Translations under genes and position numbers: made by a program
Assembly (NCBI RefSeq): GCF_000186885.1
Contig: NC_014972.1
Location: 3,270,001-3,302,000, forward strand
DNA: 32,000 bases
Direction of reading: 5' to 3'
From: Desulfobulbus propionicus DSM 2032
Lineage (GTDB): Bacteria; Desulfobacterota; Desulfobulbia; Desulfobulbales; Desulfobulbaceae
In this document: positions 1 through 8,749 of the stretch, one piece after another
Layout of the letters: the number at the start of each line of letters is the position of its first letter
Position numbering within the stretch: the stretch's first letter is position 1
The notes under the pieces: generated by a model
The model's input: only the letters and a program-made list of their open reading frames with translations
Told to the model about the DNA's origin: nothing
Database searches by the model: none

Positions 1-1324
1 CCAGAAAAATCGTGCCGCAGGTTACGGCGATCCCCAAATCCACCAAGGCAAATTCAGCGCTGCGCCGCATCCATTGCTCCCGCAGCTCCGCAAACCGTCT
101 CCTGACCGCCCATGCAGCATGCGCTGCCGCCAAGTTTGGCCGCTCCAGCTTGATCGGTGCGCCGAACACCGCCAGGACCGCATCCCCCATGAACTTATCG
201 ACCGTCCCCTGCCAGTGAAACACTTCCTCGGTGAAAAATTGAAAGAATTCGTTGAGGAACACGCGGAGTTCCCGCAGATCGATGCGCTGGACCAAACGGG
301 TAAAATTGCGGATATCGGCAAAAAGGACGGTCACCTCGGTGATTTCGCCCAACGCCATCAAATCGGTATTGCCGCCTTTCAGCAGCAGCTCAGCCACCTC
401 GGGGGCCACATACTGTTCGAACAGGGTGCGCATGCGGATAGTTGCGGCCAACTGCTGCCGTGCCCGCAAATTTTCCAGGGCATTGGCCGCCTGGCTGCAA
501 ATGATCCCGAGCAGTTCGGTATCCGCCTCGGAAAAACGTTCATCGGTCAATTTTTGACTGATGTTGAGCACCCCGATCACCCGTTCGCGAATGCGGAGCG
601 GAAAAGAAACAGCGGAAACGATATCTGGCTGGCGGAGCAGCGCCGAAAAGATGGAGGCATGCTGATCCTCCTTGTTAAGAATGACCGACTTGCCCTGCTG
701 AAAAACCCAACCGGCGATCTGGGCCCCGGGCTTGAGCCGGATGGATCGGGCCAGGACCGGATCCATGCCCCGGGAAGCGGCAATATGAAGACTCCCTTCC
801 TGGAGGTCATAAAGCATTACCGAAATATGACTGGCGCCTGTCTGCTGTTCCACCGCGGTCACCAAGCCATCGAGGATTTCCTGCTCACTGGTCGCCGCAA
901 GAAATTGCTCGCCGAGGCTGTAGAGGGGAATCAGGGTGCGTAACCGGATGTTTTCCTGTTGCAACCGGTGGCGTTCCAGAACCAGCTCGACGGCCCGTGT
1001 CAGATGCACCGGATTGCCAGGCCATTCCACCAATCCGGAAAGGCCCACCTCCAACACGCCCCGCGGCAATTCCGGACGGAGCGAAGCGGACAGCAACACC
1101 CCGGCCACGCCCGGCTGGGCAGCATTGAGAGCGGCAAAGACCTGGCAGCCGTCCATGGCGAGGGCATCCTCGACAATCAGCACCACGGCAACTGCTTGGC
1201 GGGCACAGATGTGGATTGCCGCCGATACGTCGCGGCAGCGAATCATCTTTATGTGCGACAATATCGCCATTACCTCCCCGGCCTGCGCATCGTCGGCGGC
1301 AAGGAGGACCACAGGAGTTTTCAT
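1..1324 (-). CDS. Pseudo-receiver + GAF + class III adenylate/guanylate cyclase domain protein (C-terminus runs off the left edge)
   Basis: Reverse-strand frame from ATG at 1324-1322 is open to base 1: MKTPVVLLAADDAQAGEVMAIL...; GAF-like region (HISVMLYDLQEGSLHIAAARGMD...VSFPLRIRERVIGVLNI); cyclase motifs VLFADIRNFTRL and DKFMGDAVLAVFGAP. Not in the ORF track because it is truncated by the window. Confidence 0.88.
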   Translation of the reverse strand, partial: MKTPVVLLAADDAQAGEVMAILSHIKMIRCRDVSAAIHICARQAVAVVLIVEDALAMDGCQVFAALNAAQPGVAGVLLSASLRPELPRGVLEVGLSGLVEWPGNPVHLTRAVELVLERHRLQQENIRLRTLIPLYSLGEQFLAATSEQEILDGLVTAVEQQTGASHISVMLYDLQEGSLHIAASRGMDPVLARSIRLKPGAQIAGWVFQQGKSVILNKEDQHASIFSALLRQPDIVSAVSFPLRIRERVIGVLNISQKLTDERFSEADTELLGIICSQAANALENLRARQQLAATIRMRTLFEQYVAPEVAELLLKGGNTDLMALGEITEVTVLFADIRNFTRLVQRIDLRELRVFLNEFFQFFTEEVFHWQGTVDKFMGDAVLAVFGAPIKLERPNLAAAHAAWAVRRRFAELREQWMRRSAEFALVDLGIAVTCGTIFL

Positions 1325-1464
1325 TGATGGGCTCGCTGGAATTCCATACTTTTCAAAGCGATGTTACCATCGACCAGGAGGCAAGGCAAGCAATAGCGCC
1401 AAAAGAAGCCCCTTGCCGGGTTGGTCCCGCTGTTCATTTCCTTCCACCTGAGGTATACTCGGCC

Positions 1465-2826
1465 ATGCTTGCACAACTACCCCACAGTCCGCTCGCCGAG
1501 CGGATGCGCCCCACCCGCCTGGAAGATTTTGTCGGCCAGCGCCATCTGGTTGGCGAGGGCAAATTCCTCAACCAGCTGATCGACAGCGGCCGAATTCCCT
1601 CGCTGGTCCTCTGGGGGCCGCCCGGATCGGGCAAGACCACCTTGGCCACCATCCTTGCCCACGCCGTCTCTGCCCATTTCGTCTTTTTCTCCGCAGTACT
1701 CTCGGGGGTCAAGGAGATACGGCAGATCGTCGATCAGGCCAAGTCTGTCCATGAACAGGACGGCAGGCCGACCATTCTCTTTGTCGACGAAATCCACCGC
1801 TTCAACAAGAGCCAGCAGGACGCCTTTCTGCCCCACGTGGAAAGTGGCCTGCTGACCCTGATCGGAGCGACAACGGAAAATCCGTCGTTCCAGATCACCG
1901 CTCCCCTGCTCTCCCGCTGCCAGGTCCTGCTCCTCGCTCCACTCGACCGCAACGATCTCAAACAGGTCATGCGGCGCGCCCTCATCGATACCTCGGTCGG
2001 TTTCGGTGACGATCGTCTGACCATCGACGATCAGGCCCTCGACCTCCTGGCCGATACGGCGGACGGTGACTGCCGACGAGCGTTGAATCATCTGGAAACG
2101 GCGGCCGCCCTGACCCTGGAGCAGCTCAAGCGCCAGCCAGCGGCTGGAGAGGCAGAGCGAACGATCACCGTCGCCCAGGTGCGGGAAACACTGCAGCAAA
2201 AAACCCTCCGCTATGACGCCAGGGGCGAGGAACACTACAACCTGATTTCAGCCCTGCACAAAAGTCTGCGCGACAGCGATCCGGACGGTGCGGTCTACTG
2301 GCTGGGCAGGATGTTGCTCGGAGGCGAGGACCCACTCTATATTGCCCGACGGATGATTCGGTTTGCTTCCGAGGACATCGGCAATGCCGATCCACAAGCC
2401 CTGCAAGTGGCCCTAAACGGCCGTGAAGCCTACCATATGCTCGGTTCGCCAGAGGGCGAACTGGCACTCTATCAGGTGGCTGCTTATCTGGCCACCGCTC
2501 CGAAAAGCAATGCGGTCTACGTGTGCACCCATCGGGTACGGGCGGACATCGAACGTACGGGGTCCCTGCCGGTCCCCCTGCACATCCGCAATGCGCCGAC
2601 AGCACTGATGAAGGATTTTGGCTACGGCCACGGCTACCAATACGCGCACGACGACCGGGACGGTCTGGTGCTGCAGGAACACCTGCCTCCGGAGCTGGCG
2701 GGCCGCGTCTACTACGAGCCGACCACCCGCGGCTACGAGGCGGTGATCAAGGACCGATTGACCAAATGGAAACAAATACTCAAACAGCGAGCGCAACAGC
2801 ATGAACTGCAACAACGGAATAAATAA
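1465..2826 (+). CDS. rarA: Replication-associated recombination protein A (RarA/MgsA family AAA+ ATPase)
   Basis: [39 protein letters not shown]..., Walker [14 protein letters not shown], Walker [30 protein letters not shown] motif. ORF is called from 1216, but ATG 1465 matches the family N-terminus. Confidence 0.95.
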   Translation: MLAQLPHSPLAERMRPTRLEDFVGQRHLVGEGKFLNQLIDSGRIPSLVLWGPPGSGKTTLATILAHAVSAHFVFFSAVLSGVKEIRQIVDQAKSVHEQDGRPTILFVDEIHRFNKSQQDAFLPHVESGLLTLIGATTENPSFQITAPLLSRCQVLLLAPLDRNDLKQVMRRALIDTSVGFGDDRLTIDDQALDLLADTADGDCRRALNHLETAAALTLEQLKRQPAAGEAERTITVAQVRETLQQKTLRYDARGEEHYNLISALHKSLRDSDPDGAVYWLGRMLLGGEDPLYIARRMIRFASEDIGNADPQALQVALNGREAYHMLGSPEGELALYQVAAYLATAPKSNAVYVCTHRVRADIERTGSLPVPLHIRNAPTALMKDFGYGHGYQYAHDDRDGLVLQEHLPPELAGRVYYEPTTRGYEAVIKDRLTKWKQILKQRAQQHELQQRNK

Positions 2827-3802
2827 GGGAAACGTATTATGGACCGTCCTGCTCCTCCTCGCTCTTCTCCTCTGGTGGGGCGAGGTTGAAGCGGCGGGCA
2901 TGCGGTTTATTTACACCAACGACAACCTCGGCGAACTCGACAGCTGTGGCTGACACCTGAACAAATTGGGCGGTCTGTCCAAAAAAGCATTTATAACCAA
3001 GACATTAACCAACGATTCGCACTACCCGGCCCTGATTGTCAACAGCGGCAACCTGCTGTTCAAAACCGATATTCTGCAGCCGGAGGAAGCTGAAACAGCA
3101 AGGATTGCCGCCGACGGCGTGTACCAGGCCACCCGGAAGACAGGGGCACTCATCGCCGGTGTAGGCAGCCGGGACCTGGCCGCCGGGACCGCCTTCCTGA
3201 GCCAATTCCATCAACCACCGCACTTTACCTGGTTGTCCCTCAACCTTGTTCATCCTTCCAACCGTCAGCCTCTGTTCACCCCGATTCATTGGCAGCAGGT
3301 GAATGGGATCAACATCGCGGTCCTGGCGCTGACCGACCACACCGCCCCTTCCGCGCAAGGCAACGATTTCCTTGCCCTTCCGTGGCAGCAATCACTGCCG
3401 GAGGTTCTGGCGCAGGTCGAGCAGCAGGCCGATTTCGTGCTGCTACTGTCCAACTATTCCTTGATCGATAATCAGGAAATCGCCCGCCACCACAGAGCCA
3501 TCGACCTCATCCTCCAGTCGGGCCATGCCATCGGCAACAGGACCCCGCTTGTGGTCAACAACACCCTGATCGCCCAAACCGAAACCCGCGGCAAATACCT
3601 GGGGGTGCTGAATGTGGACTGGAATGGCCATGGCCGCTGGCGCGAGGGCCAGCCAGGCGCGGCGACACCGGATGACAAGCCGGCGTCAACCTACAGTAAC
3701 CGGTTCATTGCGTTAAAACCTTCGATCACCAATGATCCCGAGGTGGAGGCCATTGTCCAGCAGACCAAGAGGCGCTTGGACAGCCATCAGGCCGGGCGAT
3801 AG
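2801..3802 (+). CDS. UshA/5'-nucleotidase-like (metallophosphatase-type) exported protein, predicted selenoprotein with Sec encoded by TGA at 2951-2953
   Basis: The frame upstream of the TGA reads [51 protein letters not shown], and continues in the same frame as HLNKLGGLSKKAFITKTL... to TAG 3800-3802. It resembles the Cys form (YTNDxxGExxxCGCxxNxxGGLxR...). No ATG occurs in the downstream 278 codons. A hairpin with loop GGUCU follows the TGA. The exact start (2801 vs 2839/2900) is uncertain. Confidence 0.8.
2951..2953 (+). other. Candidate selenocysteine (TGA recoding) codon
   Basis: TGT GGC TGA CAC: the family Cys-Gly-Cys motif becomes Cys-Gly-Sec, with homologous-looking sequence on both sides in one frame. 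Confidence 0.8.
2951..2990 (+). promoter_or_regulatory. Candidate bacterial SECIS element
   Basis: Hairpin 2966-2982: UUGGGC-GGUCU-GUCCAA (6 bp stem including one G-U). The loop begins 18 nt after the UGA. E. coli fdhF (UGA CACGGCCCAUCGGUUGCA GGUCU GC...) has the same spacing, and in both genes GGU CUG are codons +7/+8. Confidence 0.75.
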
Positions 3803-3847
3803 AAATCGGCCGACCTACACTGCCACTAACCGATAACCAATAAAAAA

Positions 3848-3873
3848 GGCCGCCTCAAGAGGCGGCCTTTTTT
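3848..3873. terminator. Bidirectional intrinsic terminator between convergent genes
   Basis: AAAAAA-GGCCGCCT-CAAG-AGGCGGCC-TTTTTT: perfect 8 bp stem flanked by an A tract and a T tract, between gene ends 3802(+) and 3893(-). Confidence 0.93.
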
Positions 3874-3892
3874 ATTGGTCGAAGCAATGAAC

Positions 3893-4813
3893 TTAGCAGC
3901 CGAATGCCTTCTGCAGGTTCGGAATGGTCTGTTTCTTGCGGCTCATCATGCCGTCGATCCACATGGAGTTGCCGGAAAGCTTCTTACCGAAAGCGCCTTC
4001 GATCAGAGCGGGATCATCGGAGAGCACCATCAAGTCGGTGCCTTCCTTGACCACGTCGGTGAGCATCAGCAGGACGGAATGCCGTTCGCTGCCCTTTTGC
4101 TCTTTCATGGCATTGTACAGGGCATCGCGCATGTCGGCTACCTGATCCAGGGTGGCAAGCTCGAGCTGACCGACGCCGACTTTTTTACCCTTCATATCGA
4201 AATCCTTGTAGTCGCGATGGAGCAGGTCCATGGCCGGAACGCCGGCAACGGCACTCTTGGCCTTGAGCATCTCCATGAACAATGCTTCGGTGTCCTTGAC
4301 ATCGGCGATTGCGGCCAATTCCTTCACGGCCTTCTTGTCGGCGTCAGTGCAGGTCGGGGACTTGAAATTGACGGTATCGCTGAGGATGGCGGCCAGCATC
4401 AGACCAGCAACCTTAGGATCAACCTTCACGCCTTCCAGATCATAGAGGATCTTGAGCACGGTACCGGTGCAGCCAACCGGCATGTTGCAGAAGAAGATCG
4501 GTTGATTGGTGGTCACATCACCGATTTTGTGATGGTCGACGACGGCCACAACCTCGCCGGCGGCCAGATTGTCCGGAGCCTGAGCCAGATCGCTGTGGTC
4601 AACCAGGGCAATTTTCTTGCCGGTGGCATCGGTCAGGGTCTCGGGGGTGGCAAAACCGAACTGCTTCAACACCATCTCGGACTCGGGATTCAGCTTGCCA
4701 GCAACGGCGGGAACATAATCCTCACCCTTGGCCTTCATCAGCGCTGCATAAGCGATGGCGGCGGTTACAGAATCGGTATCCGGACTTTTGTGACCTACAA
4801 CATAAACAGACAT
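3893..4813 (-). CDS. ppaC: Manganese-dependent inorganic pyrophosphatase (DHH family)
   Basis: MSVYVVGHKSPDTDSVTAAIAYAALMKAKG...ALVDHSDLAQ...VVDHHKIGD...SDTVNFKSPT: DHH/DHHA2 pyrophosphatase motifs. Confidence 0.95.
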   Translation of the reverse strand: MSVYVVGHKSPDTDSVTAAIAYAALMKAKGEDYVPAVAGKLNPESEMVLKQFGFATPETLTDATGKKIALVDHSDLAQAPDNLAAGEVVAVVDHHKIGDVTTNQPIFFCNMPVGCTGTVLKILYDLEGVKVDPKVAGLMLAAILSDTVNFKSPTCTDADKKAVKELAAIADVKDTEALFMEMLKAKSAVAGVPAMDLLHRDYKDFDMKGKKVGVGQLELATLDQVADMRDALYNAMKEQKGSERHSVLLMLTDVVKEGTDLMVLSDDPALIEGAFGKKLSGNSMWIDGMMSRKKQTIPNLQKAFGC

Positions 4814-4989
4814 AGCGAATTACCTCCCAGTACATGTTCAATGACACATTTTCATGTGCGCTTCTCTTCCATCTCGGACCCTATGCAGGTCAGAAACAAT
4901 AAAATTGAACGACCTTATAATGTTCACTTATAAGCGTCAAGCAGAAAAAGGAGCAATGGTGCAAGCAGCCTGCTCTGCCTTGAAAAACA

Positions 4990-5014
4990 AAGGGATCGAC
5001 GTTGTCGATCCCTT
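4990..5014 (-). terminator. Intrinsic terminator for the Bax inhibitor-1 family gene
   Basis: 11 bp perfect stem AAGGGATCGAC-(3 nt)-GTCGATCCCTT. On the minus strand it is followed by TTGTTTTTC. It lies 30 nt past the stop at 5044. Confidence 0.85.
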
Positions 5015-5043
5015 GTATTTTGGGCTTGAAAATGAAGAACGGT

Positions 5044-5757
5044 TCAGTCGCGGCTGCCGCCAAAAAATCGCAGCAACATCAGAAACAGGTTGATGAAATC
5101 AAGATAGAGGGCCAAGGCTCCGATGATCGCTCCCTTGCGGATGGCAACCTCGCCCTGCTCCATGATCCCTTCCTCGCCGATGGTCTTGATCTTTTGCACG
5201 TCGTACGCGGTTAGACCCACAAAAACCAGTACACCGATGGCGGAAATGGCCCAGTAAAGAGCCGGGCTCTTGAAAAAGATATTGACGATCGAAGCCAGGA
5301 GAATGCCAATCAGCCCCATGAACATGAACGATCCCATGCCGGACAAATCGCGCTTGGTCACCATGCCGTAGACTGCCATGGCGGCAAACATGCCGGCCGT
5401 TACCAGGAATGTGGCGCCAATGGAGGCGTGGGTGTAGGCGAGAAAGATGGTGGATAGGGTCACACCGTTGAGGACCGAATAGCCGACAAACAGTCCGGTC
5501 GCCGTTCCCGGCTGCAGCTTGTCAATGCGGGCGGAGAGATAGAAAACCATGCCCAGCTCGGCCAACACCAGAATAAAGAATAGGGGGCTGGCGATCAGCG
5601 GCTTGACCAAGCCGGATTCGGCAGTGAACAAGGCCACGCCGCCGGTGATCGCCAGGCCGATGGCCATCCAATGAAATACCTTGGCGAGAAAAATGGTCGA
5701 GGCATCCTGGCGCGCCTTGGCCAGGGTGATGTCACGTGCTCCAATCTGCGTCTGCAT
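5044..5757 (-). CDS. Bax inhibitor-1/YccA family membrane protein
   Basis: 237 aa, multi-TM: ...FHWMAIGLAITGGVALFTAES...LNGVTLSTIFLAYTHASIGATFLVTAGMFAAMAVYG...ALYLDFINLFLMLLRFFGGSRD, characteristic of the family. Confidence 0.93.
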   Translation of the reverse strand: MQTQIGARDITLAKARQDASTIFLAKVFHWMAIGLAITGGVALFTAESGLVKPLIASPLFFILVLAELGMVFYLSARIDKLQPGTATGLFVGYSVLNGVTLSTIFLAYTHASIGATFLVTAGMFAAMAVYGMVTKRDLSGMGSFMFMGLIGILLASIVNIFFKSPALYWAISAIGVLVFVGLTAYDVQKIKTIGEEGIMEQGEVAIRKGAIIGALALYLDFINLFLMLLRFFGGSRD

Positions 5758-6107
5758 GTCTTAGCGTTCCTCCATATCTTGAAATAGATCACTGCGGTGT
5801 TGAGACGAAATATTAACCATTCCGATTGTAAAGGCAAGACATCTTGCCCTTTGCTGGCAAAAAACGACAAATCAACCTGTTGCGCAGGCCCCTGGACAGG
5901 AACGCCAACATCACGGATTCGGTTAGGTGCCATGCGGCCAAGCTGAAACGCTTCCGGCTGACTAACGGGACGCGCTCGGTCTTGTTTTCTTGTTGGACAG
6001 GTGTGCAAAAATTGAGCGAATGGCGTATCATGGCCGCCATCCGCCACGCGGGGAACAGCACGGGGCCGCCCAGCGCCCATCACCCTTAGCCAAAGAAGAC
6101 ACCCCTC

Positions 6108-6350
6108 ATGATACGCATTGAACAGTTAACGGTTATTGTCGACAAACCCACCACCAAGCTGCAAGCCTTTCGCCTGGAGGACACGATCCGGGCACCGGCG
6201 GTGATCGTGTTCATTGATGAGGAAAAAGCGCAACTCATCCCCCTTCCCCAGGGAGAAACGCCGCCCACCACCATTCGGTCGCATACCATGCAAGCCAAGA
6301 TTGACATCATCGGCCTCGATGAGATCAACGCCTATCTCCGGCAAAGTTGA
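6108..6350 (+). CDS. Small conserved-looking hypothetical protein (80 aa)
   Basis: ATG start, MIRIEQLTVIVDKPTTKLQAFRLEDTIRAPAVIVFIDEEKAQLIPLPQGE..., in a gap between gene units. No family recognised. Confidence 0.6.
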   Translation: MIRIEQLTVIVDKPTTKLQAFRLEDTIRAPAVIVFIDEEKAQLIPLPQGETPPTTIRSHTMQAKIDIIGLDEINAYLRQS

Positions 6351-6532
6351 ACGAGAAACCAAGGCGGGAAACCCGGCCCGTGGCAACGGCGGGCCGGGAA
6401 GAAAAACAAAGAGAGACCGGATCTGGCGGGAACGGAACACGCCCCGAAGCGCTTCTGCAGGGCGGCCAACCAGCGAATCGCGCCGGAGCGACCGCTTGCA
6501 CGAACAGGTGCCCTCGACAGCGGTTGAGTCAA

Positions 6533-6793
6533 TCAGGGTTTGCTTGAATCGGAGAGCGAGATGTTGAGCTCCAGCACTTCGCAATCACCCCGTCGATCCA
6601 AGGACAGTTTGACCTGATTTTCGTTAATCTGGATATATTTTCGGACCACTTCCAGGATGTCGTTCTGGAGTTGCGGCAGAAAATCGGGGCTGGTCGAACG
6701 CCTCCGCTCGTGGGAAACGATGATCTGCAACCGCTCCTTGGCCACCGATGCGGAGCTTGTTTTTTTTGCTCGAAAAAAGTCAAAGAATTTCAT
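6533..6793 (-). CDS. minE: Cell division topological specificity factor MinE
   Basis: MKFFDFFRAKKTSSASVAKERLQIIVSHERRRSTSPDFLPQLQNDILEVVRKYIQINENQVKLSLDRRGDCEVLELNISL: canonical MinE. The ORF is called from 6910 but the real start is ATG 6793. Confidence 0.96.
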   Translation of the reverse strand: MKFFDFFRAKKTSSASVAKERLQIIVSHERRRSTSPDFLPQLQNDILEVVRKYIQINENQVKLSLDRRGDCEVLELNISLSDSSKP

Positions 6794-6797
6794 GGCA

Positions 6798-7607
6798 TCA
6801 TGATCCAAAGAAACGGGAGAAAAAGCCTTTCTTCTGCACGTCCATAAAACGGTACGGCACGTCTTCGCCCAGGAAACGGTCGACAATATCGAAATAGGCC
6901 TCACCGGCATCGCTCTCCTCGGCCAGGGTCACCGGTATGCCCGAGTTGGAGGCTGCCAGCACCAGCTTGGACTCGGGAACAACGCCAAGAAAAGGAATAG
7001 CAAGAATTTCACACACATCGTCGGCACTGAGCATATCGCCCCGTTCCACCCGCACCGGGTCGTAGCGGGTGACCACCAGATGCACCTTCACCGGCGGCTG
7101 GTCCTGTTCGGCCCGCTGGGTTTTGCTGGCCAGCATCCCGATGATCCGATCCGAATCCCGCACCGAGGAAATCTCGGGGTTGGTGACCACCAGGGCTTCG
7201 TCCGCATAGTACATGGCGGTCATCGCGCCCTTTTCAATCCCCGCCGGCGAATCGCAAACGATATATTCAAAGCTCTGCCGCAGGGTGGCTATCACCTCGC
7301 CGACCCCTTCCTTTGACAGAGCGTCCTTGTCGCGGGTCTGCGAGGCCGGGAGGATATACAGGTTGCCCACCCGTTTGTCCTTGATCAGGGCTTGATTGAG
7401 CGAGCCCTCGCCATGGATGACATTAAGCAGGTCGTAGACCACCCTCCGCTCGCAGCCCATGATCAGATCAAGGTTGCGCAGACCGACATCGAAATCAATG
7501 ACCACCGTTTTATATCCGCGTACCGCCAGGGCTGCCGCAACGGCCGCGCTGGTGGTGGTTTTTCCTACTCCGCCCTTGCCGGACGTCACAACGACCACTT
7601 TAGACAA
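6798..7607 (-). CDS. minD: Septum site-determining protein MinD
   Basis: MSKVVVVTSGKGGVGKTTTSAAVAAALA...VIDFDVGLRNLDLIMGCERRVVYDLLNV: deviant Walker A ATPase, with an amphipathic C-terminus. Confidence 0.97.
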   Translation of the reverse strand: MSKVVVVTSGKGGVGKTTTSAAVAAALAVRGYKTVVIDFDVGLRNLDLIMGCERRVVYDLLNVIHGEGSLNQALIKDKRVGNLYILPASQTRDKDALSKEGVGEVIATLRQSFEYIVCDSPAGIEKGAMTAMYYADEALVVTNPEISSVRDSDRIIGMLASKTQRAEQDQPPVKVHLVVTRYDPVRVERGDMLSADDVCEILAIPFLGVVPESKLVLAASNSGIPVTLAEESDAGEAYFDIVDRFLGEDVPYRFMDVQKKGFFSRFFGS

Positions 7608-7663
7608 CGGATTTCCCTCCTTGTTTGCTCATCAATACTTTGTCTTCGCTTCTCTCTCTGATT

Positions 7664-8461
7664 TCACCGATGATGCGGGTCAAAGGCGCCCAAAATGTCG
7701 AACCGCAGGCGTCCCCTTTCATGGACGATCATCACACATTGGTTAAGGACCGCCCGATCGAGCAGGTCATTGACCACATAGGCATCGGCCACGGCGACCA
7801 GTTCCGGGTTGCATTGCAAACTGAAGATACGAGCGGTGGCATCGCCGTGCACACCGGCCATGGCTCGGCCGCGCAACGCACCGTAGACGTGAATATTGCC
7901 GGCGGCAATCACCTCCGCACCAGCATTGACCGATGACAGCACCACCAGATCACCGTCTGGCGCCACCACCTGCTGCCCCGAGCGCACCGGTTGACTGATG
8001 ACCATGGTTTTGGCCCCGGTCGAATCGCGCGTCTCTGCCACTGGCTCGGGGGCGGGCTGCTGTGGTGGCGGTTCAGGCACCTCGACCGGCTTGTCCTCCT
8101 CCGGCGCGGCCACCGTTTTCTCGGTTTTGGCCGCAGGCAACAGCCCCAGCCCCGCCGCCAGCACCCGCTCAGCCACACTGTCGGCACCACCGCGCACCCC
8201 CACCGGGACCAACCCCAAACCGCGCAGGAAAGTGCTGAGCACGAGAAAATCGAGCGCCAACTGTTCCTCTTCCGACGCCTGCTTCAGATCGATCAAGAGC
8301 GGCGCATTGCTGAAAAAGGAGCGGGCTGGGCCGATCTTTTTCTTCAGCTGCGGATAGAGCAGATCAGGATTGGTCAGCTTGACATGCAGGACCATCACGG
8401 TCAGCACGCTGCCCTTGAGCTCAAACACGGATGCTTCGGTGGTGGTATCGTTAGCTTTCAT
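7664..8461 (-). CDS. minC: Septum site-determining protein MinC
   Basis: C-terminal domain SGQQVVAPDGDLVVLSSVNAGAEVIAAGNIHVYGALRGRAMAGVHGDATARIFSLQCNPELVAVA. Immediately upstream of minD. Start at MKANDTTTEASVF. Confidence 0.94.
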   Translation of the reverse strand: MKANDTTTEASVFELKGSVLTVMVLHVKLTNPDLLYPQLKKKIGPARSFFSNAPLLIDLKQASEEEQLALDFLVLSTFLRGLGLVPVGVRGGADSVAERVLAAGLGLLPAAKTEKTVAAPEEDKPVEVPEPPPQQPAPEPVAETRDSTGAKTMVISQPVRSGQQVVAPDGDLVVLSSVNAGAEVIAAGNIHVYGALRGRAMAGVHGDATARIFSLQCNPELVAVADAYVVNDLLDRAVLNQCVMIVHERGRLRFDILGAFDPHHR

Positions 8462-8749
8462 GGAACGGTGCTTGTTCAAAAGAATTCAAAGTGGAATTGT
8501 ATACCTATTCATTCGCCAAATCTCAAGGATACTCTGCATGTCCGCAAGAGATTCACACTCGCCCAAAAAGACCCAATGAACCACTCCTGCGCAGAGCACA
8601 TCGGCGCCGCAGTTCAGGGGGCAGGACGTGGGCCAGCCCGGTCGAGGGGAAAGAAAAGGCCGAAAAGATCGATTATGAGGAAGCGGAAAAAACTGCAAAT
8701 CGTCTCTTTTCCCCGTTCCCGGGGAGACTGGGGACGGCGACGGCTGGCA

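Noticed and set aside
74-943. 289-aa plus-strand ORF near the left edge
   Set aside because: The reverse strand encodes the GAF/cyclase protein continuously through this region, so the plus-strand ORF is a shadow.
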